From positions 1 through 64,000 of the forward strand of contig BCKZ01000003.1 of the NCBI GenBank assembly GCA_001600815.1: 64,000 nucleotides of DNA. The letters are read 5' to 3'. Within the stretch, counting starts at the first letter, position 1; each line of letters begins with the position of its first letter. The notes beneath the pieces were generated by a model, which made no database searches, was not told where the DNA came from, and saw only the letters and a list, made by a program, of their open reading frames with translations. This document shows positions 26,058 to 37,644 of the stretch, in pieces. Made by a program: the position numbers and the translations under genes. This DNA comes from Alloascoidea hylecoeti (Eukaryota).

Positions 26058-26992
26058 TATCAAAAGGTATGTCATAAGACATTTTTATACTTCTTTAATA
26101 TTCCCTTATACTATATACTATATATTACTTAATTGTTATAATTAAGATAATTAATAATTGATACTGATATTTATAACATAACGGTAATAATATATTCACT
26201 AATAATATGGACGCGTCTGATGTATTTACTCATAAATATGATGACCTTTGGGGGAAATCAGATAAATTAGTCGTATTTCAGTGTTATAATTAGCGCTGCA
26301 TATCTATAAGGTTGAAGCAATGAAGCTTAGCAATAAGCCTTTCGTAAAATTACTGACGTTCTTTGCATAAATATCGAACAATATTCCTTCGAACAAGAAC
26401 AGGGTTATTTATCTAGAACAAAAGAAAAAACTATGATACTCCTTATAATTATTAATATTCAGAACTTCAAAGACCGAAAACTGAAGCAAGAATGTTTTAT
26501 TTTGGAACTATGCAAGATAAAAGTGCAATGAAAAATTCGATAGATCCAGTTGAGTTAGATTTATTTCTAGAAAACGTGGCTATCAAAGAATCATTACCAG
26601 TAAATTGTAATTGATAATAATAATAAAAATACATTTGCAATTGAATAATAGTATCAATTATGTATATTTTAAATTAAATTTGAAAAACAAATTCGTTAAT
26701 AATTGTAAGCATAGCAACTCGCTAAAAAGTAAACAGAGCATGGACAAATACAAACATTAGTAAGAAATAAAATGATGTATAACAAAACGGCAATTGCAAC
26801 AGTACAGGACGACGATTTTCAAAAGAGATGATATGTGTCAAACAACTTCGGACAACTTAAGACAACTTAGGACAAACAACTTTGGATTCGAATTTAGTTA
26901 ATCAGTTAAAGGCAAACATAAATCATGTAACAGCGTAGAGCTAAGGGAAACTAAAATTATAAAGAATATAGAAAAAAAATATTATCACCTTC

Positions 26993-28758
26993 TTATAACA
27001 AATCTCGGGCAAAAGGAGCATATAACTGATTTCTTTCTAATTGATTAATAGCGTGTTCTCTTAAAACTTTATTCAACCACCAACCAAAATTTTCCAACCA
27101 TGCGTATTTACCTTGCCACCATTTAGGATATGGTATATAATGATCTGAATACATTGGATCCTTTGATATTTGCTGATAATAATAATAATCAGAAGAATTT
27201 GAAGAAAATCGGGTTGATAATAAAAAGAAACATAATAGAAAAACTAAAGCAATTAAAAACATATTTGTGTATGCAAACATATTTGAAGAGTTATTTTGGT
27301 CTGAAGATTTTGAATCATCATGATTATTATGATCAATATTATTTGAAGATACAGCTTTAGCTAATTTTGATAGAGCGATTCTTTGATCGTTTAAACCTTT
27401 TGTTAGGTTTTTTAATTTTTCAGGAGAATTTGCATTTGCTTTTGAATTTGATAATTTTAATTCTAATTTTTTCCTTTCAAATTCTTGATTATCATATTTT
27501 GTCTCCAAATTAATTAATTTCGAAGATAGAGAAGTTAATTGATTATTAACAACATTTAAATGATTTGCATATTCATCCTTTTCAATTTTTAAATTTTCTA
27601 TTATAGATTCATCGTTTTTTGCCTTGGATTTATAAGATTCAATTTCTAATGATAAAGACTGAATTTTTGATTCAATTATATCCCGTTCTTTTGAATTTAA
27701 ATCATTCAAAGCTTTATTCGGAGCTTCGATTATATGTGAATGTGTCATTTTTGCTGTTGACATTGCATCTTCAATTTGATTAATATGCTCCGAAAAGAAG
27801 TCTGCCTTTTTCTTTAAATTTTGTACTTCACGATCCTTTTCCGTTAATTGATTAGATAACTGCATTTGTCGTTTTTCTAAATCTGAAATAACATCATCCT
27901 TATATTGTATTTCTTTGTCCTGCTGGATTAATTTTTTATTAAATTCGTTTATTTTTGGAGTGTCATCATATTGAGGATTATCACCAATAATCATGCCATT
28001 AGTATCATTATTTCGATGCAATTCAGGATGAATTAGATTTGGGGTATCAAAATCTAAGATGTTGCGACTTCTATCAGGTAGTGGTGTTGAAGTACCCATT
28101 GGCAACGCACTCATTGGTGAATGACCTGTTGATGAAGCCCCTGGTGAAGATAAAGATGGCGGGTTTAAAAAATGTTTCATCCCCTTTCTTCTAAAGTAAG
28201 GGTTGTTGTTACGTTGGACAGGTAACGATTTTAGTGCATGATTATCGTTATCGTTATAATTATCATTCTCATCTTTGTTCTCATCTTTGTTCTCATCTTT
28301 GTTCTCATCTTTGTTCTCATTTCCGTTTTCATTGTCATCGAAACTAAAGTGCATAACTTGAGAATAGTGTATATTCTTCTCTTTAGCCGGTATTAACTCA
28401 TTTGACAACTTTGTGCCTGAGACTTGATGAAACAACTTCAAAAATTCGTTTTTAGTTAGCTCAATATCAGCGGCATCATTTATGTACTTTTGGGCCTCAC
28501 TTCTCGAGGGATCGTCAAGTAGATTGGATAATTCGAGAGTGTCTTCCAAGAGATCTATCAGATGGAGAAATTCTTTTAATGGGATCTACAAATATATTAT
28601 CATGCTTAGTTAATAACAATTGTTGTAGTTGTAGTTGTAGCAAAAACACTAACCTTTTCTGAGTGATCGGTGTCTATCTGGTACCAACAGAGATTTATCA
28701 AGTCATCCGTCGACTGCGAAAGCTCTGAAATCTCGCTTTCATTTCCATCTTCCTCCAT
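26993..28758 (-). CDS. Mps2/Kms-like nuclear envelope (KASH-type) coiled-coil membrane protein; join(28654..28758,26993..28585)
   Basis: The spliced N-terminus LINLCWYQIDTDHSEKIPLKEFLHLIDLLE...LTKNEFLKLF resembles the Mps2 N-terminus as I recall it. Long coiled coil, single C-terminal TM, Trp-rich luminal tail. Intron GTTAGT..TAG at 28586-28653. Confidence 0.65.
28265..28322. repeat. 12-bp coding minisatellite (ENKD repeats)
   Basis: TTCTCATCTTTG repeated about 4 times. Confidence 0.85.
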
Positions 28759-29300
28759 TTTGGATGTGAAGAAGCTGGATAAACCCACCAAAAGAGGTGT
28801 AAACAGGTCCAGATGCACGGGTGTCCCATTTTCGGTTTACTGCAAAAGGATTAAAATAGTAAATAAATTAGTACTTCCAAAGGGAAGGATTTCGTCATTT
28901 TTTTCGTCGATGTCCAATTTGCAGCTCTAATTTTAACTATTTCTTATATATTTATTTTATTTACCATAATTTTATTTATTTACTATTATTCAGTTTATTT
29001 ATTCACTAGTATTAGTTATATTTTGTTTATTTATTTTATTTATTTTATTTATTTTATTTATTTATTATTTTATCTGTTTTATTTGTTTTGTTTGTTTTTG
29101 CAGGGATTTTAAGTTGAAATTTTAATTCTTTTTGATAATTTTATTTATATATTTCCAATATAAACCTCCTTCTGCTGTAAATTCGCAAACCTTCTTCCGT
29201 CCATCTCCACAGGTCCCTACAGGTCCCTTCAGGTCCCCTTCCCTCTCGCCTCCTAAGATCTCTTATCAACTTACCCGCCCCGACCCCCTTCGACGTCCCC

Positions 29301-32300
29301 ATGAAGAAAACCAACTCTTTCCCCAGCAATGCAAAAACAAGACGTCAAAACTCCCTAGGCGCAATTTCAGGAATTAAACGAAATTCAAAAAGCCTTGCTT
29401 CGATATCAAAAGCTGTCGGCCTGTCCTCCAGCAACAGAGTCTCCTCTGCGATGTCAATGGCCTCCTTTGAGTGTCGTGAACACCGAAGGTCGAAAACGTC
29501 GTCATCTGCAACAAGTCTTATATACTCCACCCCGTTCTTAAGACCCGATATTTCCGTCTGTATTCTATCCCAGGTGTCAAATATATTCAAATCTACTTTA
29601 AGCACCGGTGATAGATATAAAAATGGGTTGCTGTATAGAGACGCTTTCACGGGTTTTGAAGCTGTTACGTTGATCGCTTTCTTAATACGGACGTCCGACC
29701 GTAACCTTGCTCTATTGCTAGGTCGGGCTCTTGATGCCCAAAAGTTGTTTAGAGATGTTTGCTACGAGAATAGGTTGCGCGATACTAAAGAGGATGTTTA
29801 TCAATTCACTGAGTCTTTTTACAATAACGGTGTTGGTGATAATAATAATGTTGACAATGACAATGACAATGACAATGAACCTGTAAATGTCAATCCTAAT
29901 TTCAGTGCCCAATCTCCCTCTCATTCAAATTCCATCAAAAGTAAACATCGACTGAAAATGCGTCCAAAGTCAGACCCTACATTGCATATTAGTGAAGACA
30001 CCAACCATGAAAATAATAATGTGTTGGTCGGTCGTTCCAGCTCTTCCTCTTCGGGTGCAACCACAACTACTGCAACAAGCATAACTTCAACCTCAACCTC
30101 CACAATAGCCTCTACAAAAAATGATGAAATAACAAAAATGAACACTTCTATAAATGCTACTTCAAATAATATTAATAATAATGTCAATGTAAACATAAAT
30201 GGTGTTTTCACTTTATTGACCGATTGTTATTCTCCCACATGCACCAGTCATAATCTTTGTTATTCAATTTCATGTCCGAGGAGGCTAGAACAACAAGTCC
30301 GCTCAAGCCTGAAACCTTGTTCTTCTCTCTCTCGACATTCTATCCAAACAGCTTCTCCCGAAGATAATGATGATGAAGATGATGAAATTAATAATAAGCA
30401 ATTATGGTCTTATACCGTTTCAAAAGAAACCCTTTCAAACGTTACAAGGGATGAACAAAAACGACAAGAAGCAATATTCGAATTAATCTACACTGAAAGA
30501 AATTTTGTAAAAGATCTGGAATATATACGGGATTTTTGGATCATACCATTACATCAATCAAAGATCATTCCTTTAAAGGAAAAAAATAAATTTATCAAAT
30601 CTGTTTTTGGTGGCATATTGGATATTTGGAAAACAAATACAAATCTATTATCAGATTTATTAATTAGACAAAAACAATCTTCAATTGTTCCCCAAATCGG
30701 TGATATATTCTTGAAATATATTGATAATAATAAATTCAATCAATTTATAAAATATGGTTCCCAACAAGTTTTTGGAAAGTATGAATTTGAAAGACAAAAA
30801 AATTTAAATTTAAATTTTAAAAATTTCATAATTCAAACTGAAAATTTAAAAGAGTCTAAAAAATTAGATATTTATTCATATTTATCAAAACCAACTACAA
30901 GAGCTGCAAGATATTTATTATTATTAAAATCAATTAATAATAAAACAAATGATGTTAACCCAGATTTTAAAATTTTACCAATAATTATTACTAAATTTGA
31001 AGCTTTATTAAATAGAATAAATATCGAAACTGGGAATGCCTTTGATAGATTATCCTTATTATTATTAAAACAAAAATTATTTTTCAACCCGGGGGATGAA
31101 TATGTCGATTTAAAGCTTGATGATTGTGAAAATAGAAAACTGTTATTTCATGGTATTCTAAGGAAGAAGAAAAATGCCTATAATTATCCAAACAATATGT
31201 ATTATGCTTCTAATAATTATGCTCCAAATAATACCAATATTAATAATAGTGAAATAAATCATCAAGGTGATATCCATGTTTATTTATTTGATCATTATCT
31301 ATTATTATTCAAAATAAAAAAAGTTAATATTAAATCTTCCCCTACAGCTATTGAACAATACAAAGTTTATCAATCTCCAATACCTTTAGAATTATTATAC
31401 TTTAGTCAGAGTGAAGAATCACCAACGAATTCTCCCCTATCTCCCTCATTTCCAACTTTTCAAAACTCGAATTTAACAACAACCTCGACCATTAAAAATG
31501 GCATGAAAAGAGCAAGTACAACTACCTCAATGTTAGCAAGATCGTTACCTTCAAGATCAGATTCAATAAGTTCTTCAAACTCCTTAAAATTCCCCTTATC
31601 GTTCTTATATATTGGCAGAAAAGGTTTTGAAGTCACTTTGTATGCTCCAAATTCTCAAATTCAGAAATCTTTAGTTGAAAAAATCGAGGCGCAACAGAAA
31701 GTTTTAAGAGAAAAAAATGATATTTTTACTCTTTCTCCTCTATCTTCAACTTCTTTTTTTAATTCTTTAAACAAAATCAACTGTCTTGTACCGTGTGATG
31801 GCGGTAGAAAACTAATTTATGGAACAGATTATGGTGTTTTCATATCAAACGTTAAAAGGAATAAAAATTCAACTAATAATAGAATTGTCTCTGCCCCAAT
31901 CAAAGTAATCAGTCAACCAAATATAACGCAATTGGAAGTTCTGGAGGAATATTCCATTTTATTGGTCTTATCTGATAAAAAATTATATTCCTATCCTTTA
32001 AACACAGTTCTCAATATTCAGAACTTCAATAGGTTTGAGGAAAATATCGTTTCTTCGGCCTCAAATTCTACAACGAAAAATTCATCAACCATTACTACTG
32101 CTTCTAGTTCTTCTTCAACAATTTTACAAGTTACATGCAGTAACATTAGTAAAAAAGGTAAAGAACTAATGTCCCACGTTTCATTTTTTAAAGTTGGTAT
32201 ATGCTGTTCCAAAATGATCGTATGTGCTGCGAAAAATGGCTCATCAAATCATTCAATAAAAGTATTCGAAGCAAACAATCCATTAGGTGACGGTAATAAA

Positions 32301-32849
32301 AAGAATTTTAGCAAGAAAAAATTCAAATCTGAAACAATCGAATTTAATTTTAACTCTGACCCTGTCTCAATATCAATCTTAAAAACAAAATTATGTATCG
32401 GTTGTACGAAAGGCTTTGAAATTATAAGTCTTGAAAAAAATAAAAAAAAGGAAACTTTATTAGAACCATCTGATGTAAATTTAAGCTTCGTTTTAAGAAG
32501 AGAAGGGTTACGACCGATTGCAATATATCGTGTTGGGAATGATTTCCTATTAAACTATACCGAATTCTCTTTCTTTATTGATAAAAATGGTAGAAGAGTT
32601 CAAAGGGATTGGATGATTAAATGGGAAGGCTTACCACAATCATTTGCCCTTTGGTTTCCTTACCTTATTGGGTTTGATAATAATATTGTTGAAATAAGAG
32701 ATGTTAATACAGGTAAGCTACTAAGAGCAATAACCGGTGATAATATTAGAATGTTGCATGCAAGCTCTCAAGAAATTCTATATGCATATGAAGATGATAA
32801 AGGAATTGAGGTGGTTGCTTCAATGGATTTTTGGGGGAAATTACATTAG
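29301..32849 (+). CDS. Rho1 guanine-nucleotide exchange factor, Rom1/Rom2/Rgf family (DEP-DH-PH-CNH)
   Basis: TSDRNLALLLGRALDAQKLF, GVFTLLTDCYSPTC, KRQEAIFELIYTE and CIGCTKGFEII. Confidence 0.9.
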   Translation: MKKTNSFPSNAKTRRQNSLGAISGIKRNSKSLASISKAVGLSSSNRVSSAMSMASFECREHRRSKTSSSATSLIYSTPFLRPDISVCILSQVSNIFKSTLSTGDRYKNGLLYRDAFTGFEAVTLIAFLIRTSDRNLALLLGRALDAQKLFRDVCYENRLRDTKEDVYQFTESFYNNGVGDNNNVDNDNDNDNEPVNVNPNFSAQSPSHSNSIKSKHRLKMRPKSDPTLHISEDTNHENNNVLVGRSSSSSSGATTTTATSITSTSTSTIASTKNDEITKMNTSINATSNNINNNVNVNINGVFTLLTDCYSPTCTSHNLCYSISCPRRLEQQVRSSLKPCSSLSRHSIQTASPEDNDDEDDEINNKQLWSYTVSKETLSNVTRDEQKRQEAIFELIYTERNFVKDLEYIRDFWIIPLHQSKIIPLKEKNKFIKSVFGGILDIWKTNTNLLSDLLIRQKQSSIVPQIGDIFLKYIDNNKFNQFIKYGSQQVFGKYEFERQKNLNLNFKNFIIQTENLKESKKLDIYSYLSKPTTRAARYLLLLKSINNKTNDVNPDFKILPIIITKFEALLNRINIETGNAFDRLSLLLLKQKLFFNPGDEYVDLKLDDCENRKLLFHGILRKKKNAYNYPNNMYYASNNYAPNNTNINNSEINHQGDIHVYLFDHYLLLFKIKKVNIKSSPTAIEQYKVYQSPIPLELLYFSQSEESPTNSPLSPSFPTFQNSNLTTTSTIKNGMKRASTTTSMLARSLPSRSDSISSSNSLKFPLSFLYIGRKGFEVTLYAPNSQIQKSLVEKIEAQQKVLREKNDIFTLSPLSSTSFFNSLNKINCLVPCDGGRKLIYGTDYGVFISNVKRNKNSTNNRIVSAPIKVISQPNITQLEVLEEYSILLVLSDKKLYSYPLNTVLNIQNFNRFEENIVSSASNSTTKNSSTITTASSSSSTILQVTCSNISKKGKELMSHVSFFKVGICCSKMIVCAAKNGSSNHSIKVFEANNPLGDGNKKNFSKKKFKSETIEFNFNSDPVSISILKTKLCIGCTKGFEIISLEKNKKKETLLEPSDVNLSFVLRREGLRPIAIYRVGNDFLLNYTEFSFFIDKNGRRVQRDWMIKWEGLPQSFALWFPYLIGFDNNIVEIRDVNTGKLLRAITGDNIRMLHASSQEILYAYEDDKGIEVVASMDFWGKLH

Positions 32850-35186
32850 TACATTAAAAATATTAATTCATATAACTAATTATATAACCTTATATGATTT
32901 GATCTAATAATAATAAACCATAATAAAACAAAAACAAAACTAGTCGCCAACTTACCATTGACCAATATCTCCATAATTAGCGTGAACCTTTCAACTTTTG
33001 TTAGTATATAATACAGGCACAATTATTGATATTGATCATTTATCTTATAAACGTATTTTAATTAATCTTATTAATTGATTACCATTAGGCCCATTACACA
33101 AATTTAAAAGGATCACCGATACGAAATCCACGTAGGTACCGGTATGTAATCTGATATTAGCTAATTACGTCAGTATTCACGAATGGGCATATTTAAGTGG
33201 GCCTACTGATGTTTCCTGCTCTATTGGTTTTCTGTGTTTTTTAATTGAAATAAAATTACACAATTGCAATCCGTCGAATGAACTTAAATCAATACTTGCT
33301 GCCTGTAACTAAAAGGTATCACAATTGATTTGAAACTGTTTAAACAATCCTTGTACGTTAATATTAACGTGTTATAATTATAGTCGAATAGAATCCCTCA
33401 AACTCGAAACCTCATTTGGTTTTTCAATTGTAGTGTCTACATCTGTTATTAGTTAAACGAACTTAATTCTATAAATCATTTTGTAGTGATAAATGGAAGA
33501 GGTGGTGATTTTTCTGAATTATTGGAAAACTGTATATAATAATGAGTACTACATAAACCCTCGTTTAGCTAATAGCTATAGCCGCACAGTTATACCAGTT
33601 TAAAATGAGATTGAAACTTCTTACCGTTGGCGTTGTATCAGTTTGGGTCAATTGCGCAATAATATTATGACTTCAACAACCATAAAACCTCTTCAACTCA
33701 AGCTTCAAGTCCTCCCGTATTGGGCAGTCAACCAGAAAATCGTTCGCCTCTTTGGCGTAACCCGGTTCCAACAGGTACTTTAATATGGTAGCGGCAGGAT
33801 ACCAATATCCAACATTCTTCAAGGGACTATAAGGTCAGAATCCCTCTATTCAGGCAGTTGGTGTTATAATTAGTATAAGATAGTTTTTGCTGCACAATAA
33901 GTATGTACCATGCATACAACTCCATTTTATTCACCACCTGTCATTAATGTATCCATTCCAATCATACTAATCAGAGCATACCGGTAGCTTATTTAAATGT
34001 ATTTTTAATTTTCTCATCCAAATATATATATCCGGATCCCCAAATATACACACCAAGTACAACCTGTATATTCTAGAAGACGGAGTGAAGGGGCTTCTCA
34101 ACTACTGTACATGTACTTATATATAATTGAGTCATATTAAAATGATGATATTATTTGTTTTTGCTGCTGCCTAGCTCATTATCTCCAGATCACAAACCAT
34201 TGTCAATAAGTAATATTACGTGATCATAAAAACTAATTATTGCCGTGATCATGGTACAAAATGAATACACAATTAATATCAAGAAAATCTGAAGGATCAA
34301 AAAACAATATTCAATAACTTAGCCGAATATGAATAACTCTTTCTAATGTCTATTACGTGTATTACGATATGATTTCACAACACTTCGTTCCTAACTTCCA
34401 TGGTAACTTGTTGAAAAATAAGCATTTCACTAGTATAGACCAAAAACTTGATAAACTGAATTCTTTAAATAAAAGATACTTACTAATTTCAATAAGATCT
34501 TCCATAAATATATATATAGATTTGAGTTCTCCAGCACGACAATATACCAACTACTGATGGAGTTCATCGGTACATAAATATGCATATGCATATGGCCTTC
34601 ATAACCATTTCTTACCCATTGAATCCTTAGATTAATTATAAATACGGAACGGGAGGTTTGGGAGAATGGTTGACGAGCTTGAACTTTATAAGCTCAACCT
34701 ATATATAAAGTTTTTAAATTATGTATACCCATGAATGTGCCATTATCTATAGTGTATTACCGAATATTTAATCCACTATGTACCCTAAATTAAGTGGAAT
34801 GACTGTAGCTGTCTACTTATACCCAACATCCAAAAGGATTTAATTTCAAATTGTTTGACTCGCCACATCACTTAAGCTTGTAGGAAATAGGTTGTGTATT
34901 CAAGATGATCAAGAGTATACTATATATCTTTCTTTTACAATCTTTTACAATCTTTTACAATATATAAGATTCAAAATCTTTGATGACACTAATACAGAAA
35001 ACAAAACTTCTTAAAATATGATATTACATATGGATGGCTTTATAAAAGTCATAATTAAGTAAACTCTATATAGAATAGTCATATATGCTTAAACCTGGAA
35101 CAACATAATGGCATTGAATGATTGAATATTGAATGATCAAGAATGAAATAAGCTAATGACTAGTAGTAATATGTACAATATTGTAT

Positions 35187-36269
35187 TCACATTATAAATC
35201 TAATATTTAGATCAATTGGATGAGAAGAACTTAGTTGTGGTTTCTGATCATATTTACCAATTAATTTGTTCCTCATATTATTCAGTAAAGATATATAGCT
35301 TTGATTGGAATTTTCGGACAATACACTTATGAATGCAAAAGACATCGCACCAGTTGCTTTTCCATTAATTGAAGAATCTGCAGATGTTTGAGAATCCTTA
35401 CACCCAGAAATTGAAATCACATCAGCGTGTGAAGATTTAGTCAGTAACTGTTTTTTTCTTGCATCATCACCAACTGCTGCTCTTTTAGCAAGTCCTGNNA
35501 CNGTTGNTANGACNCCGCCAAGATCACCTTTTTTATATGATTGTACAGCGCTCAATAGGCCATATCCTGTATCTTTTAACATATTTGGTTCTTTGACTAG
35601 ACCTTTTGTTGAATAAACATATGGNANATCTAATGCGGTTCCAGAGTGACAACTGTCAAACAAAGTAGTGAGTCTAACTCCAGGCTGTAACGGACTAACC
35701 ATATATTTGTGCATTAAATCATCAGTTATTGGACCATTTTGTTTGAAATCAAGAGGATAAATGACTTCATCATAACCATCATCTTCATCACCATCGGTAT
35801 CTTCAGCTTGACCGCCGTGACCAGAAAAATGAAAAACTAAAGAGTCATTAGGTTGTGCATTATTGACGAGCCATTGCATTGCTCTAAGGATGTTTTGTTT
35901 TGTCGGCATTGCTCCAGAATTTCTTGTATCATCTGTCAATACGACCATATCAGCCTCTTTATAACCAAACGTTTTTACTAAGAAACGTTGTAAATTGTGC
36001 ACATCATTAATACAACCATTTAGTTGATTTCTTTGGCCAATATAATTTATACCGATCAGTAAAGCTTTCTTTTTTCCCTGGCAGTTTGAGTATTGGTAAT
36101 TATAATTTTTCGTATGACGACCAAACGATTGGGGAGCAGTAGGAGGAGCAGCATATTGTTGTTGTTGTTGTTGTTGTTGACCCGGATTTAACTGTTGTTG
36201 AAGAGCATTCTTTAAGAAACCACCAGCGAACCCACGACTCCTATGGTTATTGTTGTCGTTGTAAGACAT
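35187..36269 (-). CDS. MCA1: Type I metacaspase (copy A), Q/N-rich prodomain
   Basis: [18 protein letters not shown] (catalytic His), FDSCHSG (catalytic Cys) and [10 protein letters not shown]. Confidence 0.95.
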   Translation of the reverse strand: MSYNDNNNHRSRGFAGGFLKNALQQQLNPGQQQQQQQQYAAPPTAPQSFGRHTKNYNYQYSNCQGKKKALLIGINYIGQRNQLNGCINDVHNLQRFLVKTFGYKEADMVVLTDDTRNSGAMPTKQNILRAMQWLVNNAQPNDSLVFHFSGHGGQAEDTDGDEDDGYDEVIYPLDFKQNGPITDDLMHKYMVSPLQPGVRLTTLFDSCHSGTALDXPYVYSTKGLVKEPNMLKDTGYGLLSAVQSYKKGDLGXVXXXXXGLAKRAAVGDDARKKQLLTKSSHADVISISGCKDSQTSADSSINGKATGAMSFAFISVLSENSNQSYISLLNNMRNKLIGKYDQKPQLSSSHPIDLNIRFIM

Positions 36270-37630
36270 TTTTATCTATGTTATAATTAAGAAGAAGGGA
36301 TGGAGGGGGGAAAAGATCGATTTTATACTGGTTACCCTAGAAATAGCAGAGTTACAGTTTGGGAAATATTTATGAGCCGCCGGATCTGCATTTCCGGGCA
36401 TCGTTCCGGGTGTATCGTATAATGGTCTTTATTGTAAATATAAAAGCTCCCTTTTTTCCTCCACAAAAATATATATATAAATATAAACGTATACACCATA
36501 CACAACAATGGATCGCCATACTAATCAATCACAACCTAAATCTAGAGGCCTCTTCGGCAACCTGGTTATGGGAGTTGTTCAGGCTCGACTATCCCAATCA
36601 CAAACCCAAAATAGTCCCAACTCGAACTCGAACTCTAACCCGAACTCTCAATATCAATATAACAATTATCCTCCTCCAACTGCCCCTCCTACTGCTCCCC
36701 AATCGTTTGGTCGTCATACGAAAAATTATAATTACCAATACTCAAACTGCCAGGGAAAAAAGAAAGCTTTACTGATCGGTATAAATTATATTGGCCAAAG
36801 AAATCAACTAAATGGTTGTATTAATGATGTGCACAATTTACAACGTTTCTTAGTAAAAACGTTTGGTTATAAAGAGGCTGATATGGTCGTATTGACAGAT
36901 GATACAAGAAATTCTGGAGCAATGCCGACAAAACAAAACATCCTTAGAGCAATGCAATGGCTCGTCAATAATGCACAACCTAATGACTCTTTAGTTTTTC
37001 ATTTTTCTGGTCACGGCGGTCAAGCTGAAGATACCGATGGTGATGAAGATGATGGTTATGATGAAGTCATTTATCCTCTTGATTTCAGACAAAATGGTCC
37101 AATTATCGATGATATGATGCATGATATTATGGTCAGACCATTACAGCCTGGTGTTAGATTAACAGCTCTATTCGATAGTTGTCACTCTGGAACCGCATTA
37201 GATNTNCCATATGTTTATTCAACAAAAGGTCTAGTCAAAGAACCAAATATGTTAAAAGATACAGGATATGGCCTATTGAGCGCTGTACAATCATATAAAA
37301 AAGGTGATCTTGGCGGNGTCNTANCAACNGTNNCAGGACTTGCTAAAAGAGCAGCAGTTGGTGATGATGCAAGAAAAAAACAGTTACTGACTAAATCTTC
37401 ACACGCTGATGTGATTTCAATTTCTGGGTGTAAGGATTCTCAAACATCTGCAGATTCTTCAATTAATGGAAAAGCAACTGGTGCGATGTCTTTTGCATTC
37501 ATAAGTGTATTGTCCGAAAATTCCAATCAAAGCTATATATCTTTACTGAATAATATGAGGAACAAATTAATTGGTAAATATGATCAGAAACCACAACTAA
37601 GTTCTTCTCATCCAATTGATCTAAATATTA
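35201..37630. repeat. ~945-bp inverted repeat (arms ~35201-36146 and ~36685-37630)
   Basis: The arms read as identical except for a ~90-bp patch (35656-35743 vs 37088-37175). N bases fall at equivalent positions in both arms. Confidence 0.95.
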
Positions 37631-37644
37631 AGTTTTTAATGTAG
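36508..37644 (+). CDS. MCA1: Type I metacaspase (copy B), N/S/Q/P-rich prodomain
   Basis: Same motifs, catalytic dyad intact. Inverted near-identical duplicate of copy A. Confidence 0.95.
   Translation: MDRHTNQSQPKSRGLFGNLVMGVVQARLSQSQTQNSPNSNSNSNPNSQYQYNNYPPPTAPPTAPQSFGRHTKNYNYQYSNCQGKKKALLIGINYIGQRNQLNGCINDVHNLQRFLVKTFGYKEADMVVLTDDTRNSGAMPTKQNILRAMQWLVNNAQPNDSLVFHFSGHGGQAEDTDGDEDDGYDEVIYPLDFRQNGPIIDDMMHDIMVRPLQPGVRLTALFDSCHSGTALDXPYVYSTKGLVKEPNMLKDTGYGLLSAVQSYKKGDLGXVXXXXXGLAKRAAVGDDARKKQLLTKSSHADVISISGCKDSQTSADSSINGKATGAMSFAFISVLSENSNQSYISLLNNMRNKLIGKYDQKPQLSSSHPIDLNIKFLM

Noticed and set aside
26858..26886. Short GACAACTT-type tandem repeats
   Set aside because: Simple ~10-bp repeats without spacers; not CRISPR-like, and the context is eukaryotic.
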